From NCBI RefSeq assembly GCF_006345805.1, contig NW_021832317.1, positions 1-31,789 of the forward strand: a DNA stretch of 31,789 nt, written 5' to 3'. The notes beneath the pieces are model-generated. The model made no database searches, was not told where the DNA came from, and was given only the letters and a program-made list of their open reading frames with translations. The position numbers were made by a program, and so were the translations under genes. Each line of letters begins with the position of its first letter. Position 1 is the first letter of the stretch. The DNA is from Octopus sinensis (Eukaryota). Of this stretch, positions 1 to 11,710 are shown in pieces.

Positions 1-104
1 AAGATACCTCAGTTTTCCATCTCATTATCTAAACGATGGCGGCATTTGTTCAAATCGGTTCTGCATTTAACATAATATCTTGATCTATTCGTTCTAGAAA
101 TTTA

Positions 105-205
105 TGATCTGAGTTCAAACCACGCCAAGGTCAAATTTGCATTTCATTCTTCTGAGTTTGATAATATAAAATACCTCTCAGGTCGATATAATTGATTGCT
201 CTCAT
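105..205 (+). mobile_element. Degraded SINE-B fragment
   Basis: CTGAGTTCAAACCACGCCAAGGTCAAATTTGCATTTCATTCTT...GGTCGATATAATTGA aligns to the B-box and body of the clean copy at 19701-19929. Confidence 0.5.
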
Positions 206-228
206 CTTCCACAAAACCATTGACATTA

Positions 229-295
229 TAGTAATCCCTCGCCATATCGCGGTTCAGCTACTGCGGCTCACTTATCGCGGTTTATTATTTAAGTT
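229..295 (+). mobile_element. Tigger/pogo-like (Tc1/mariner) terminal fragment
   Basis: TA followed by TAGTAATCCCTCGCCATATCGCGGTT with repeated ATCGCGG motifs; resembles CAGT..CCCTCG Tigger-type ends and the end at 21346. No opposite TIR found. Confidence 0.45.
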
Positions 296-401
296 TATGT
301 CGATTCCTCAGTGGTGGTGTTCTGCATTGATAATAAAATAAACAGATACACATTATGTAAATAATAAAAAATATATATACTGTGCACTACTGTTTCTACA
401 T

Positions 402-402
<1 letters not shown>

Positions 403-451
<49 letters not shown>

Positions 452-456
452 CTCTA

Positions 457-489
<33 letters not shown>
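403..489. repeat. (CA)n/(CT)n compound microsatellite
   Basis: Direct reading. Confidence 0.95.
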
Positions 490-490
<1 letters not shown>

Positions 491-540
491 ATATATAACG
501 ATTCCTGTACTTGACAAGATATATTATTTTTTTTAATTTA

Positions 541-625
541 AAGGATGAAAATCAAACTCAACCTCGGCGTAATTCCAACTCCGAACGTAAATTCGAAAGC
601 AATACCGATCCGCTAACGATTCTTC
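541..625 (-). mobile_element. SINE-B fragment
   Basis: AAGGATGAAAATCAAACTCAACCTCGGCGTAATTCCAACTCCGAACGTAA is a diverged reverse complement of the SINE-B B-box region. Confidence 0.55.
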
Positions 626-671
626 CACCTCACAACTATAATAACAATAAAAATAATAACTCTGGGATAGG

Positions 672-785
672 TTAAGTCGATAGCATCACAACACCAGTGC
701 TCAACTGGTACTTCTTTTTTGACCTCGAAAGAATACAAGGCAAAATCGACCTCAGCGTACTAACGATTCCGCCAGCTCGCCGTCA
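672..785 (-). mobile_element. Internally deleted SINE-B
   Basis: Body (GGCAAAATCGACCTCAGCG) joined directly to head (TACTAACGATTCCGCCAGCTCGCCG); B-box segment missing. Confidence 0.65.
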
Positions 786-789
786 TAGT

Positions 790-996
790 GGTTCCAAATT
801 TTGGCACAAGGCCAGCAATTTCGAAGGAGGGCTTACGTCGAATACATCGACCCCAATGTTCAGCTGGTACTTATTTTATCAATCCCGAAAAATGAAAATC
901 AAAGTCGACCTCGGCAAAATTTGAACTCAGACCGTACGTACGGAAATGCTACTAAGCATTATCCCGGCTTGTTAACAGGTCTACCGGCTCGCCACC

Positions 997-998
<2 letters not shown>
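790..998 (-). mobile_element. Near full-length SINE-B, alternative-tail variant
   Basis: Minus strand: head AAGGTGGCGAGCCGGTAG, B-box GAGTTCAAATT, body GTCGACTTTG, tail AAATTGCTGGCCTTGTGCCAAAATTTGGAACC. Confidence 0.8.
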
Positions 999-1042
<44 letters not shown>

Positions 1043-1068
1043 TAATAATAATAATAAGAATAATAATG

Positions 1069-1127
<59 letters not shown>

Positions 1128-1133
1128 AATAAT
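999..1133. repeat. (TAA)n microsatellite
   Basis: Direct reading; source of the poly-N and poly-I ORFs in the track. Confidence 0.95.
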
Positions 1134-1770
1134 CAGTAGCAGCAGCAGATTGGAAGAGAAATTTTCTAAGAATTTAACCAGAAACAATCACAGAATTCGT
1201 ACGGAACCAATAAAAGAGCAGGAATCAGATTATTAGAGTAAAACCAATCAAAGAAATATATCAGGACGAATCTGAGAATTAGATGAGAACCAATCAGATA
1301 ATGAGACCCGAACCCAACATATTGAGTTAGATTTACGGATCGAAATCAGAGAATTGGAACAGAAACTGCTGTAGAAGTATTTTTGATGTCGAAGAATCTG
1401 ATAAGACGGAACATGCAGAAATTAAGTAGAAAATCAGAAGAGAATGCAAGTGCAGTGTCGGATAAAATATTAAAAGCGAAAAGGAAATAAAACCCAACCA
1501 AATTCCGGGAATGAGTTTCTGTGTCTAAATACAAATATATTAGCAGAACCAATCGTAAATTAGAAGTTGATTGTAGTAACTTGGATGTTGAGTAGATCGA
1601 TTTACCTCGATAAGGAAAACAAAGATACCACTTATGACTAATACAAAGCAACCGCCCTAATAGGACATACGTTCTGCCCCCTGTAAAAGATTTATGATAA
1701 GGTAACGATAGAAGGGATAGATAGGAAAAATTAAGAAGAGGTGGGCTGATTGATATAATGTTCGTTTATT

Positions 1771-2072
1771 CTTTTATTATTTTACTGGTTTCAGTCATTT
1801 TGACTTATTCTATCGGTCTCTTTTGCCGAACGCTAATGTTACGCGGACGTAAACACGCCAACTTCGGTCGTCAAGCGGTGGTGAGCAGACAAACACAGAC
1901 ACACAAACACACAAACATATATACACACACAAACACACACATACATATATATATACATATACGATGGGCTTCTTTCAGTTTCCGTGTACTAAATCCACTC
2001 ACAAGAATTTGGTGAGCCAGAGACTACCAGGAACCATGCGGTTGAGAAACAAGTTTCTTCCCATACAGCCAC
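1771..2072 (-). mobile_element. SINE-A with two internal deletions
   Basis: Collinear with the copy at 21456-21862 (TTCTATCGGTCTCTTTTGCCGAA, internal CA/TA repeat, AAATCCACTCACAAG, GGAACCATGCGG). Confidence 0.8.
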
Positions 2073-2244
2073 GTCAAATGCAATAAAGATGTAAGAACAC
2101 AAGGACAAAATAAAATTTTCGCTATATGTACGAAACGAAAGCAAAAAAGATGATAGACGTCATTCGGAAGCGTGTGTAATGTGGGGGCAGTACAATGCTC
2201 TCGCTTGTTATTTGTGGGTGCCTATATAGTTACAAGAAGACATA

Positions 2245-2450
2245 GATATCCACTCGGTTCATTCCACCTTTGATCAAAGGGAATATCGAAGACGTGATAG
2301 GTGGAGGGAGAGACAGCTCTTCCAGCACTTGTTTTCAAAGGAGTATATTGGAATAATGTGAATATGGCGCCTTGCTCAAGAAAAAATGCAAGAATCGAAC
2401 CGAGGACCATTTGATTATTAGCCCAGTACTCTAACCACTAGGCCATTCTT
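2245..2450 (-). mobile_element. Old tRNA-derived SINE (SINE-C-like)
   Basis: Minus strand A-box TGGCCTAGTGGTT, B-box GGTTCGATTCT, then CTTGAGCAAGGC as in the copy at 3682-4020. Confidence 0.6.
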
Positions 2451-3681
2451 CACTTATATATAAGGGAATAACAAGTACAATCTAGATTTTTAAAAGTAGA
2501 TATTAACCTTAAAAATAGTAGTAAAAGAAATAAAGAAGCTGAATATGCACGGGAGCATTGGAACAGAAAGTGGTGTAGAAGAATCTGGTGAGACGGAACA
2601 TGCAGAAGTTAAGTAGAAATGTTAAATCGTAACCGGTTTCAAATTTGATTGATTTTCAAAAGCGTATCATTTGAGGTACGTGGGGCTGTGTTTCACACAC
2701 ACAGACACACACACATTATATATATATATATATATATATATAATAAACACATCAGGAAGGTTGACTTACAAAATGTTGGATCTAACCGTTGCTAGTTGGT
2801 ATAATTTACAAATGATAATATTCTCCCTGTATTCTAGAACTACACTGAAGCGCGTATAAAACTTAGATAAGACAGAACAACATAATATGTAAACGATAAA
2901 AACATCCTTACCGCACCTGACTAGATACGTAGCGGCATTTCTGGCTTCGCATCTGGAATGGAAGTAATAATATCTGATGAATAACGAAAATGGTCATATT
3001 CGAACTCCTAACACTTAGTAAGCTGAATAGCAGGAGACAAGAATATTCTTCCCGTTTTCCAGTAAATATCAACGCCAACAACCACCTTGGAACGAATGGA
3101 ATAAAGGTGACGATAAAGAAATGCGGGGGATTTTAACGAGAAGAAAAGTAAAACCAGCAGCAGTAGCAGCAGTAGCAGCAGCAACGTCAACTGTGACACC
3201 AAGAATAATTATGTTTTCTTTAGGATAAGTATTTCAGAAATATTAATGAAAAACCAACATCATTACATCAAAATATCTAATTACAATTATAATCAGAAAT
3301 AATATTTCATTAAATAAACAAACACGAAATACAAAAACAATTTTTTCTTTCAATTAATAGATTGTACAGCAGTGTGATGATGTTGATTCCTTGTCTCAAG
3401 GAAGCGAGTGTTGGGGGTTGCGAGGGTTGCATCATTTTTGACGTTTTAACCTCTGTTACTTGGTTGGCCTGCATTTTGCTGATAACCCCAGGAAATCATG
3501 ATCCCCAGCAGAAGCCCTAAAATGACAACTTTACGATAATTAAATATGATAGCTACCTAAAATCTTTACCTTATGTACCCTTTTATATAAATATAGTATA
3601 TGTGAATTGCTTTGTGTTCTTCATAAGATGTATAAACCTGTATTACACTGCCAAGTGTGTATATGTATGCATGGATGAATA

Positions 3682-4020
3682 AAAAAGGGTAAAGACCCCC
3701 TTCGGTCATGAATGACCATGGGATTGCACCTAGAAAGTTACCCTCCTAGACACAAGTCCGGGCAAGGTTGTTTATGGAAGGCCAGCAGTCGCCCATGCAT
3801 ACCAGCCTCCCCTCTCCACGCCACCAGTGTTATCCAAGGGAAAAGACAAAGGTCGACAGCTTGGCACCAGTGACGTCGCAACTCATTTCTACAGCTGAGT
3901 GAACTGGAGCAACGTGAAATAAAGTGCTTTGCTCAAGAACACAACACGCAGCCCGGTCCGGGATTCGAGCTCACAACCTCACGATCGTAAGCTCGACGCT
4001 CTAACCACTGAGCCATGCGC
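3682..4020 (-). mobile_element. Full-length SINE-C with TSD
   Basis: tRNA-like head GCGCATGGCTCAGTGGTTAGAGCG, B-box GCTCGAATCCC, central GTTGTGTTCTTGAGCAAAGCAC; flanked by ATGGATGAATA at 3671-3681 and 4021-4031 (13 bp if the preceding GC is counted). Confidence 0.92.
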
Positions 4021-4062
4021 ATGGATGAATAGAAAACATTAATACTAACCCATACAAATAGC

Positions 4063-4111
4063 AACAAGTGCACTCAGAGAGCGCAAACCTCCGCCAAGGC
4101 AACACCAACGT
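4063..4111 (+). mobile_element. Possible left end of a Helentron/DINE-like non-autonomous element
   Basis: ACCTCCGCCAAGG at 4087-4099 matches the subterminal motif I associate with such elements; the complementary CCTTGGCGGAGGT end is absent. Confidence 0.4.
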
Positions 4112-4184
4112 TCTGATTTATTTTATTAGGGAGAAGGCCTCTATAAATATGAGACAACACAAAAACAGACAAAACAAAACAAAG

Positions 4185-5150
<966 letters not shown>

Positions 5151-7107
5151 GAATGACATTTACGATGCAGTGTTTCTAGAATAATTGGCTAATTCATTGC
5201 TCTATATTATTCTTTGTTTTATAAATATCCTTAGGTTTCAAATACAGATGACGCCGATTATACATTTCGTACATCCTGGGTCAAATGAATATGTAACTTT
5301 CATTGTTATTATTTTCGTTTTACTCCAAAGCATCTCTGATTCAGCAGAAAACTTTATTTAATCGTGACTATTACAAAAAAAAAATACCGACCCATCCTAT
5401 CATACTCCACAAAAATTTTAACAACATAATAATACCAGATCTTGATTTAGTGAAAACACAAAACTCAAACAGACAAACGAACACATAAAAACAATTCATA
5501 AACTCCACAAAACATTATTTAAATTTTTAATTGCCCCTCTCAGTAATTTTTCTTGTATTAATTTGTATAATGAGACATTAGAATGAAGTTATTGTGTTCT
5601 CAATATATTGAAATCAATTTTAATAAAATGAAGTGTGATTGTATTGATGACAAAACACATTTAAAATCAAATAAAACATTTTGTTTTTGTTTACTCGGAA
5701 TTTTACGAGTAATTTATTTTTTAAGTTATTCAATAATTTATTCTTTATCAATTTTTGATTTTTAAATATAATTTATAGATCGCCAAAAAAATCTCGTGTT
5801 TTCTAACCATCAAGTAACTACAAAACCGCTTTCTTTTGAAAAGATAGACAGACTTTTAGCCTGTTTAGTTACATAATAGTTAAAGTATGAGCGGTGGCGA
5901 TAGTATTAGAGTTGGCCTTGATGTAGTTGTTGTTGGTGTTGGTGGGGATACGGGCAGCAGTGAATATGTATGTAACGTAAGGGAAGAAGACTCTGCTCAG
6001 TTGAATGTCGAATTGATTATTGACGTAATAAAATAAATGAACCAAAATACATACGTGTTTAAATTGATCTTCTGTCGGTAGTCGAGAATATTTTCCTCTT
6101 CATCAACATCTCTTTCTCTTTTTCTCTTTTTCATTCCGAATAATAACAATAATAACTGTTTCTACCAAATAAAAATAATAACATTTACAATAATACCAGG
6201 CACACTTACACACTAAACGAACTAACTTTATTACTAAAAAGTTTAAATTGTCTACCGCTTGTTCTTCTTTTTTTTATTAATTTATTTCATTTTATTTTAT
6301 TTGTTTCATGCATTGATTCACATTTTTACCTTCTCAAACTAAAAGATGCCAAGCAAATGAATGCCCCGCAGCAAATAAGTATGGAGCCTCATCTTGAGTT
6401 AAATCGTTCAAGTGGAGGTTTCGTTAAATGAAAGCCATGCTATGTATATATATATATTTATTTATACACTTACTTTTTATCTATTTATTTTATTTAGGCA
6501 TGCATTTATTTGCTTATTTATTTATCTAATTGTTTGACTTGTTTTGAATATTGATACAAAGGGAGAGAAAATGCAAAGGAAAGATAGATTGATAAATAGA
6601 GATGTGGTGGGGAGGGGGGCTGCAGAAAAAATAAGAAAATCAATCATTTGAAAAAAAAATCAGTCATTTCACTTGCCTGGGATTTTTACCTGCTTACAAG
6701 TTAAGGTGGTTGAACGATAAAAATCAATTGTAGTTTTATAAAGGGAAACAATAGAACAAAACGAAAAATATAAAGTAAACGAAACGAAACGAAACGAAAT
6801 GAGGCAAACAAAAAATAAACGAAACGAAACAAGATCTACAATTTGAAGGAAAAAAAATATTCTTTTATTTTTTTAAAAATACATTCTAATGATTCTGGAA
6901 AATCAGGAAGAGAAACAAGGTGGAAATTCTTAGATACCAGACTGTAGACATTTATAGATAGAGTGTTTGCTCTCTGAGACTTTCAAACAAACTACTATTG
7001 TGTTATATAAAGAATTATAGTTTTATATCCGTAAGGAATGTAGGAAATGGTATTGAAAAAAAGAAAAAAAGGAAGCAATTTTGGGAGAAGGAAAGCAAGA
7101 CTGTCCT

Positions 7108-7110
<3 letters not shown>

Positions 7111-7143
<33 letters not shown>

Positions 7144-7192
7144 TATATATATATATATAATATATATATAATATATATATATATTTTATATA

Positions 7193-7272
<80 letters not shown>

Positions 7273-7404
7273 GTATATATATATGTGTATATATATGTAT
7301 ATATATATATATAATATATATATATATATATAGTCTATATATATATATATATAGATATATATGTATATATATATGTATATATATATGTATATATATGTAG
7401 TATA

Positions 7405-7502
<98 letters not shown>

Positions 7503-7504
7503 TT

Positions 7505-7540
<36 letters not shown>
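7111..7540. repeat. Long imperfect (TA)n
   Basis: About 430 bp of TA dinucleotide repeat. Confidence 0.95.
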
Positions 7541-7547
<7 letters not shown>

Positions 7548-7857
7548 TCGTGGAACAAAATTCTACGTTTTACTCGTCGGCATTTTTAACCTCGTCTCTT
7601 CTTTGTGATTTGTCTTGTTCCGAAATGAAAGCAAAAGTTTAAAATGGGGGTAGCATTGATCTCGTTTGAAAAGGAACACTATCGATTTTGTTACCGTCAA
7701 GACGAGAGTAATCAGTTGAAATCTATATCCGATTGTATTATAAGTCATATAATAAACGGAAACCGATATGTATGTAGATGGCAGAATAAGAAAAACGGAA
7801 AAGAAAAGAAAATATCGGACACATTCTGTTGCGGTACTTAGGTAGGTGCCTTTATGA

Positions 7858-7982
7858 TGCAGGTTCAAATTTTGCCGCGGTCGACTTTCGAGAAGACGTT
7901 AAGTACCGGATGAACACTGGTTCGAAGTAATCACCTTAACTTACTCCTCTAAAATTGTTGGCCTTGTGTCAGATGTTGAAGC
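7858..7982 (+). mobile_element. Degraded SINE-B, alternative-tail variant
   Basis: GGTTCAAATTTTGCCGCGGTCGACTTT...AAGTACC...AAAATTGTTGGCCTTGTGTC. Confidence 0.55.
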
Positions 7983-8090
7983 ATAAAACCGAAGAGTGTA
8001 TAGAGACTCTAGAATAAAATAAAGAAAAAACATCAGTCTCAAGCGCATCGCAGTTATTGTGACACAGGTTCAAATCTTCCTGAGGTACAT

Positions 8091-8306
8091 ACTCTCTCTT
8101 TTACTCTTTTACTTGTTTCAGTCATGTGACTGTGGCCATGCTGGAGCACCGACTTTAGTCGAGCAAATAGACTCCCAGGACTTACTTTTGTAAGCCTAGT
8201 ACTTATTCTATCGATATCTTTTGCCGAACCGCTAAGTAAAGGGGACGTCAACACACCAGTAGCGGTTGTCAAGCGATGTTGGGGGGACAAACACAGACAC
8301 ACACAA

Positions 8307-8347
<41 letters not shown>

Positions 8348-8500
8348 CATATATACGACGGGCTTTTTCCAGTTTCGTCTACCAAATCCACTAACAAGGC
8401 CTTGGTCGGCCCGAGGCTATAGTAGAGACACTTGCGTAAGGTGCCACGCAGTGGGACTGAACCCGGAACCATGTGGTTCGTAAGCAAGCAAGTTACCACA
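8091..8500 (-). mobile_element. SINE-A, nearly full length
   Basis: Reverse complement of 21456-21862 architecture including tail ACTCTTTTACTTGTTTCAGTCA and internal CA/TA repeat; extreme 5' end missing. Confidence 0.88.
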
Positions 8501-8699
8501 TTACCACTTATAATTCCGGATTAGATAAAATAAAGAACCAGTAAGGTTAATGTAATCGTCTGACCACTTTTTGGCCAAATTCCAATCAGTTATTTTAAAG
8601 AGTGGAAGATGAGTGATTGGAGGCGTGGTACAGATGACCGATTTAACAAAATGTATCGTAACAATGTAAAGCAGTTTTGACATACGAACCTTTATTACA

Positions 8700-8800
8700 G
8701 AAGTTCAAATCTTACCGCGGTCGAATTTACCAGAGTCGAAAATTACTAGGAGCGATATAATGAACTATATCCGTCCCTTGAATAGGGGTCTTTGAGTCAA
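8700..8800 (+). mobile_element. Highly degraded SINE-B
   Basis: AAGTTCAAATCTTACCGCGGTCGAATTT...GATATAATGAACTA. Confidence 0.4.
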
Positions 8801-8804
8801 GGCG

Positions 8805-9100
8805 AAAAATCATTTTTATGAATGCAAAGCCACGGGAGGGGTTTTCTGTGGTTAGTCGAGGAAAAGATAATGTCTTTGACTCTCTACATGATCTTTGAGT
8901 TTGGGACTCTGGCTTAGTGAATATCTTCTAACTAGAGATCTGGTTGAAATGTTTTACGGTGGAATGGACTCTCCGCAAGGCAACAGAGAACCGGGAGATA
9001 CCGATTGATAAAACGGTTTCGATTTGAGTTCCCGCAATAAAAATTCCATTTAATCCACCGGAAAGGGATGAACAGCAAAATATCCCTTTCTATCTTTTAT
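8805..9100 (-). mobile_element. Probable L1/Tx1 ORF2 terminus and 3' UTR fragment
   Basis: 9014-9052 matches 10562-10600, which is contiguous with a zf-RVT-type fragment; minus-strand NGIFIAGTQIET vs NENFVAGTQLET. Confidence 0.35.
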
Positions 9101-9149
9101 TTCTGTGGTATTTTTAATTCCCTGTTTGCGTACGAAACGCCGGGCATTG

Positions 9150-9285
9150 GAGTTGTTTTGCAGGATTGTTAGAGCGTCCAATGCTTTGCGGTATTAAGTT
9201 ATTGCTCATTGGGTTATGATGTCAAATATGACCAAGGTCAGTTTTTCCAATTCATCCTTTCTTGGACTGACAAAGTAAAACAGAA
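9150..9285 (+). mobile_element. Degraded SINE-B
   Basis: GATTGTTAGAGCGTCC..AATGCTTTGCGGTATT..GTCAAATATGACCAAGGTCAG..TTCATCCTTTC. Confidence 0.45.
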
Positions 9286-9310
9286 TATCCTCGTAAATAT
9301 ATCCACACTC

Positions 9311-9742
9311 GGATCTTTTCGGTTTGAACGGCAGTTTTTTTCTAGCGGTGTCATAGGAAATTGTCACCCATAATTATGACCCTAGTATCGATCTATTGCA
9401 TTTCAATTGTTTAAGGAGTTAGGGTTAGGGTTAGGATTAGAGGTGGGGGGAAGGGTATCTTTTTTCTTCACAAATGTAAATAAACCCAATCTGTTTCTTA
9501 AACGAGGAACATATTCATACGGCACAGAATTTTTTTTTTACCTCAATGGACGTCATTGATTGGTTGAAATTGTAGAAATTGAAGAAAAAACAACAACAAA
9601 TATGTTACTAACTTTAGAATTTTCTCAATAAAGCCAAGAGAAAAAGATGTTTTATAAACACATTCTACCAGTATACGAAGTTTAAAATTTTTTAGTTACC
9701 TAGAAATTATGTTAAAAACTGCCGTTCAAACCGAAAAGATCC
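9311..9742. mobile_element. MITE with 29-bp perfect TIRs and 8-bp TSD (Merlin-like)
   Basis: TIR GGATCTTTTCGGTTTGAACGGCAGTTTTT at 9311-9339 and its reverse complement at 9714-9742; CCACACTC at 9303-9310 and 9743-9750; no ORF. Confidence 0.9.
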
Positions 9743-10143
9743 CCACACTCGTAACTCAGAATCAAGAAAATTTTACAAAATATCTTGTTGCAATTTTGAG
9801 TTATTTCCTTTCACAGATATTTTTCCAGTCTCATGTCTTTCCTCTGTCTATGAGAAGCACGAAAGGTCGACGTCACTGCTGTCTCTTGTTCGGCTAAATT
9901 AATATAAAGCAAAATCAGCATCAATGACATCATATACATTATGAACAGAGTTGTTAAAGACACTAATTATATATTTGTAAATAATCTGTATTTGCTTTAT
10001 AACAATAATTATCTTTGATTAGTTCTGTAATTTATAGAACAAACAAGAGGAAACAATTAAATTATACTGAACTAATATGGGGTGTCTCAAAATAAACAAC
10101 ACGCTTCATAGCCATTTTCCTGATAACTCTATTATATCTGTCG

Positions 10144-10487
10144 AAGGGCGGCGAGCTGGCAGAATCGTTAGCACGCCGGGCGAAAAATGCTTAGCGGGAT
10201 TTCGTCTGCTGCTACGTTCTGAGTTCAAATTCCGCCGAGGTCGACTTTGCTTTAAGGCACCGAGCTGGTAGAAACGTTAGCAGGCCGGGCGAAAAATGCT
10301 TAGTGGGATTTCATCTGCTGTTACGTTCTGAGTTCAATTTCCTCTGAGGTCGACTTTGCCTGTCATCCTTTCGGGATCGATTAAATAAGTACCCGTTACG
10401 CACTAGGGTCGATGTAATCGACTTAATCCCTTTGTCTGTCCTTGTTTCTCTCCTCTATGTTTAGCACCCTGTGGGCAATAAAGGAAT
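10144..10487 (+). mobile_element. SINE-B with duplicated 5' half
   Basis: Head through GTCGACTTTGC (10144-10250), then a second complete copy from 10254 to the tail GTGGGCAATAAAGGAATA. Confidence 0.9.
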
Positions 10488-10529
10488 ATATATATTATAT
10501 GTGTTGACCTCTTTAGCGCTCTTGATCAG

Positions 10530-11065
10530 CAGTAAAGTCTCTATTAATAAAATTCTCGACCCGGTTTCGAGTTGAGTTCCAGCAACAAAGTTTTCATTTA
10601 TTTCATCTACTTTGATATGGAACCTCGGAAAGGCAGCAATGACAAAATATTCTCTTCTCCAGCCACACTTTCCTTTTCAAATGAAAAGTAAAAAATGATC
10701 GTGAATCGTGGCCGGAGATAAAGTTGCCTGTCTTAATTCTTTTTATGCTAGTCTTCCATACTGCCTCTTTCGCTATTGCTACAACCGTCTGAAAACAATT
10801 CTTACCTTCGTTTGTTAAAATTTCCGGTGGGTCAATTTTTATAATTGACTCAGTCGACAGCCGTACTCATCCTTCGCCTGACAACAGGTGTTCAACATAA
10901 ACCCACATTTCAGATATCTCTGGACACTGGACAATAGCGTGAGGGACGGTTTCCCTGTCTCCCTCGCAACTTGGACAGGTCGGAGACTGACGCTTACCAT
11001 GTCTTGTAAGCTTGTCCCAAACGGGCCAGGCACCTCTGTAACAATGCCAGGTCAAGGACTAATAT
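10530..11065 (-). mobile_element. L1/Tx1-clade LINE ORF2 C-terminal fragment with CCHC zinc-binding motif
   Basis: LTWHCYRGAWPVWDKLTRHG..PTCPSCEGDRETVPHAIVQCPEISEMWVYVEHLL, then past a stop VAIAKEAVWKT..FFTFHLKRKVWLEKRI. Confidence 0.85.
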
Positions 11066-11482
11066 ATTGAAAAACAAAAAGAAAAATTGGCATTACATGT
11101 GAGATTTTCGAAATGTTTTAACTTCAACCATGGTTACATGATCAGTGATGTGAAGTATTTTCAAACAGGGATCGAAACTACTTAAGTTACACAACTAATG
11201 CTTTTACAAAGGGTCTTAACGTCAAATCTATCTCTCACTTCACTCTTCTCACTCGACATGTCTGTCTCCACATCACCCGCCAACCTTATCCCACTTATGC
11301 TCTCCCCTCTTGAATGTAATTTTTTTTCTTTCTCTCCAGATAATTTCTGGCATTTTCGTTATTAACCCCTATCGAACACGAATCGAATATAATTTTTTTT
11401 CACTGGATCATTTGACAAGACTAAAATTCTAAGTATGGATTCATGCAGATAAGGAAATTAACGGCATTTCGAAACAGAATGT

Positions 11483-11484
<2 letters not shown>

Positions 11485-11518
<34 letters not shown>

Positions 11519-11610
11519 TATATATCTGAGTGTGTGTGTACGTGTGTGTTTATATACATATATATGTGTGTGTCTATATATATATGTGTATATAAGTGTA
11601 TATATATATG

Positions 11611-11659
<49 letters not shown>

Positions 11660-11710
11660 CTATCTTATATATCTGTGTGTGTGTGTGTGAGTGTGTGTTT
11701 ATATACATAT
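11485..11710. repeat. Compound TA/TG microsatellite with higher-order duplication
   Basis: TATCTTATATATCTG..GTGTGTGTTTATATACATAT occurs twice (near 11514 and 11661). Confidence 0.85.

Noticed and set aside
3387-3403. TTCCTTG-TCT-CAAGGAA hairpin
   Set aside because: A 7-bp stem is expected by chance in 32 kb.
3950-4020. tRNA gene calls for SINE heads (also 21456, 25876, 19347)
   Set aside because: They have A/B boxes but run into SINE bodies; no complete cloverleaf or poly-T terminator seen.
9419-9442. Telomere healing or chromosome fusion site
   Set aside because: Only two perfect TTAGGG units, lying inside a TIR- and TSD-bounded element.
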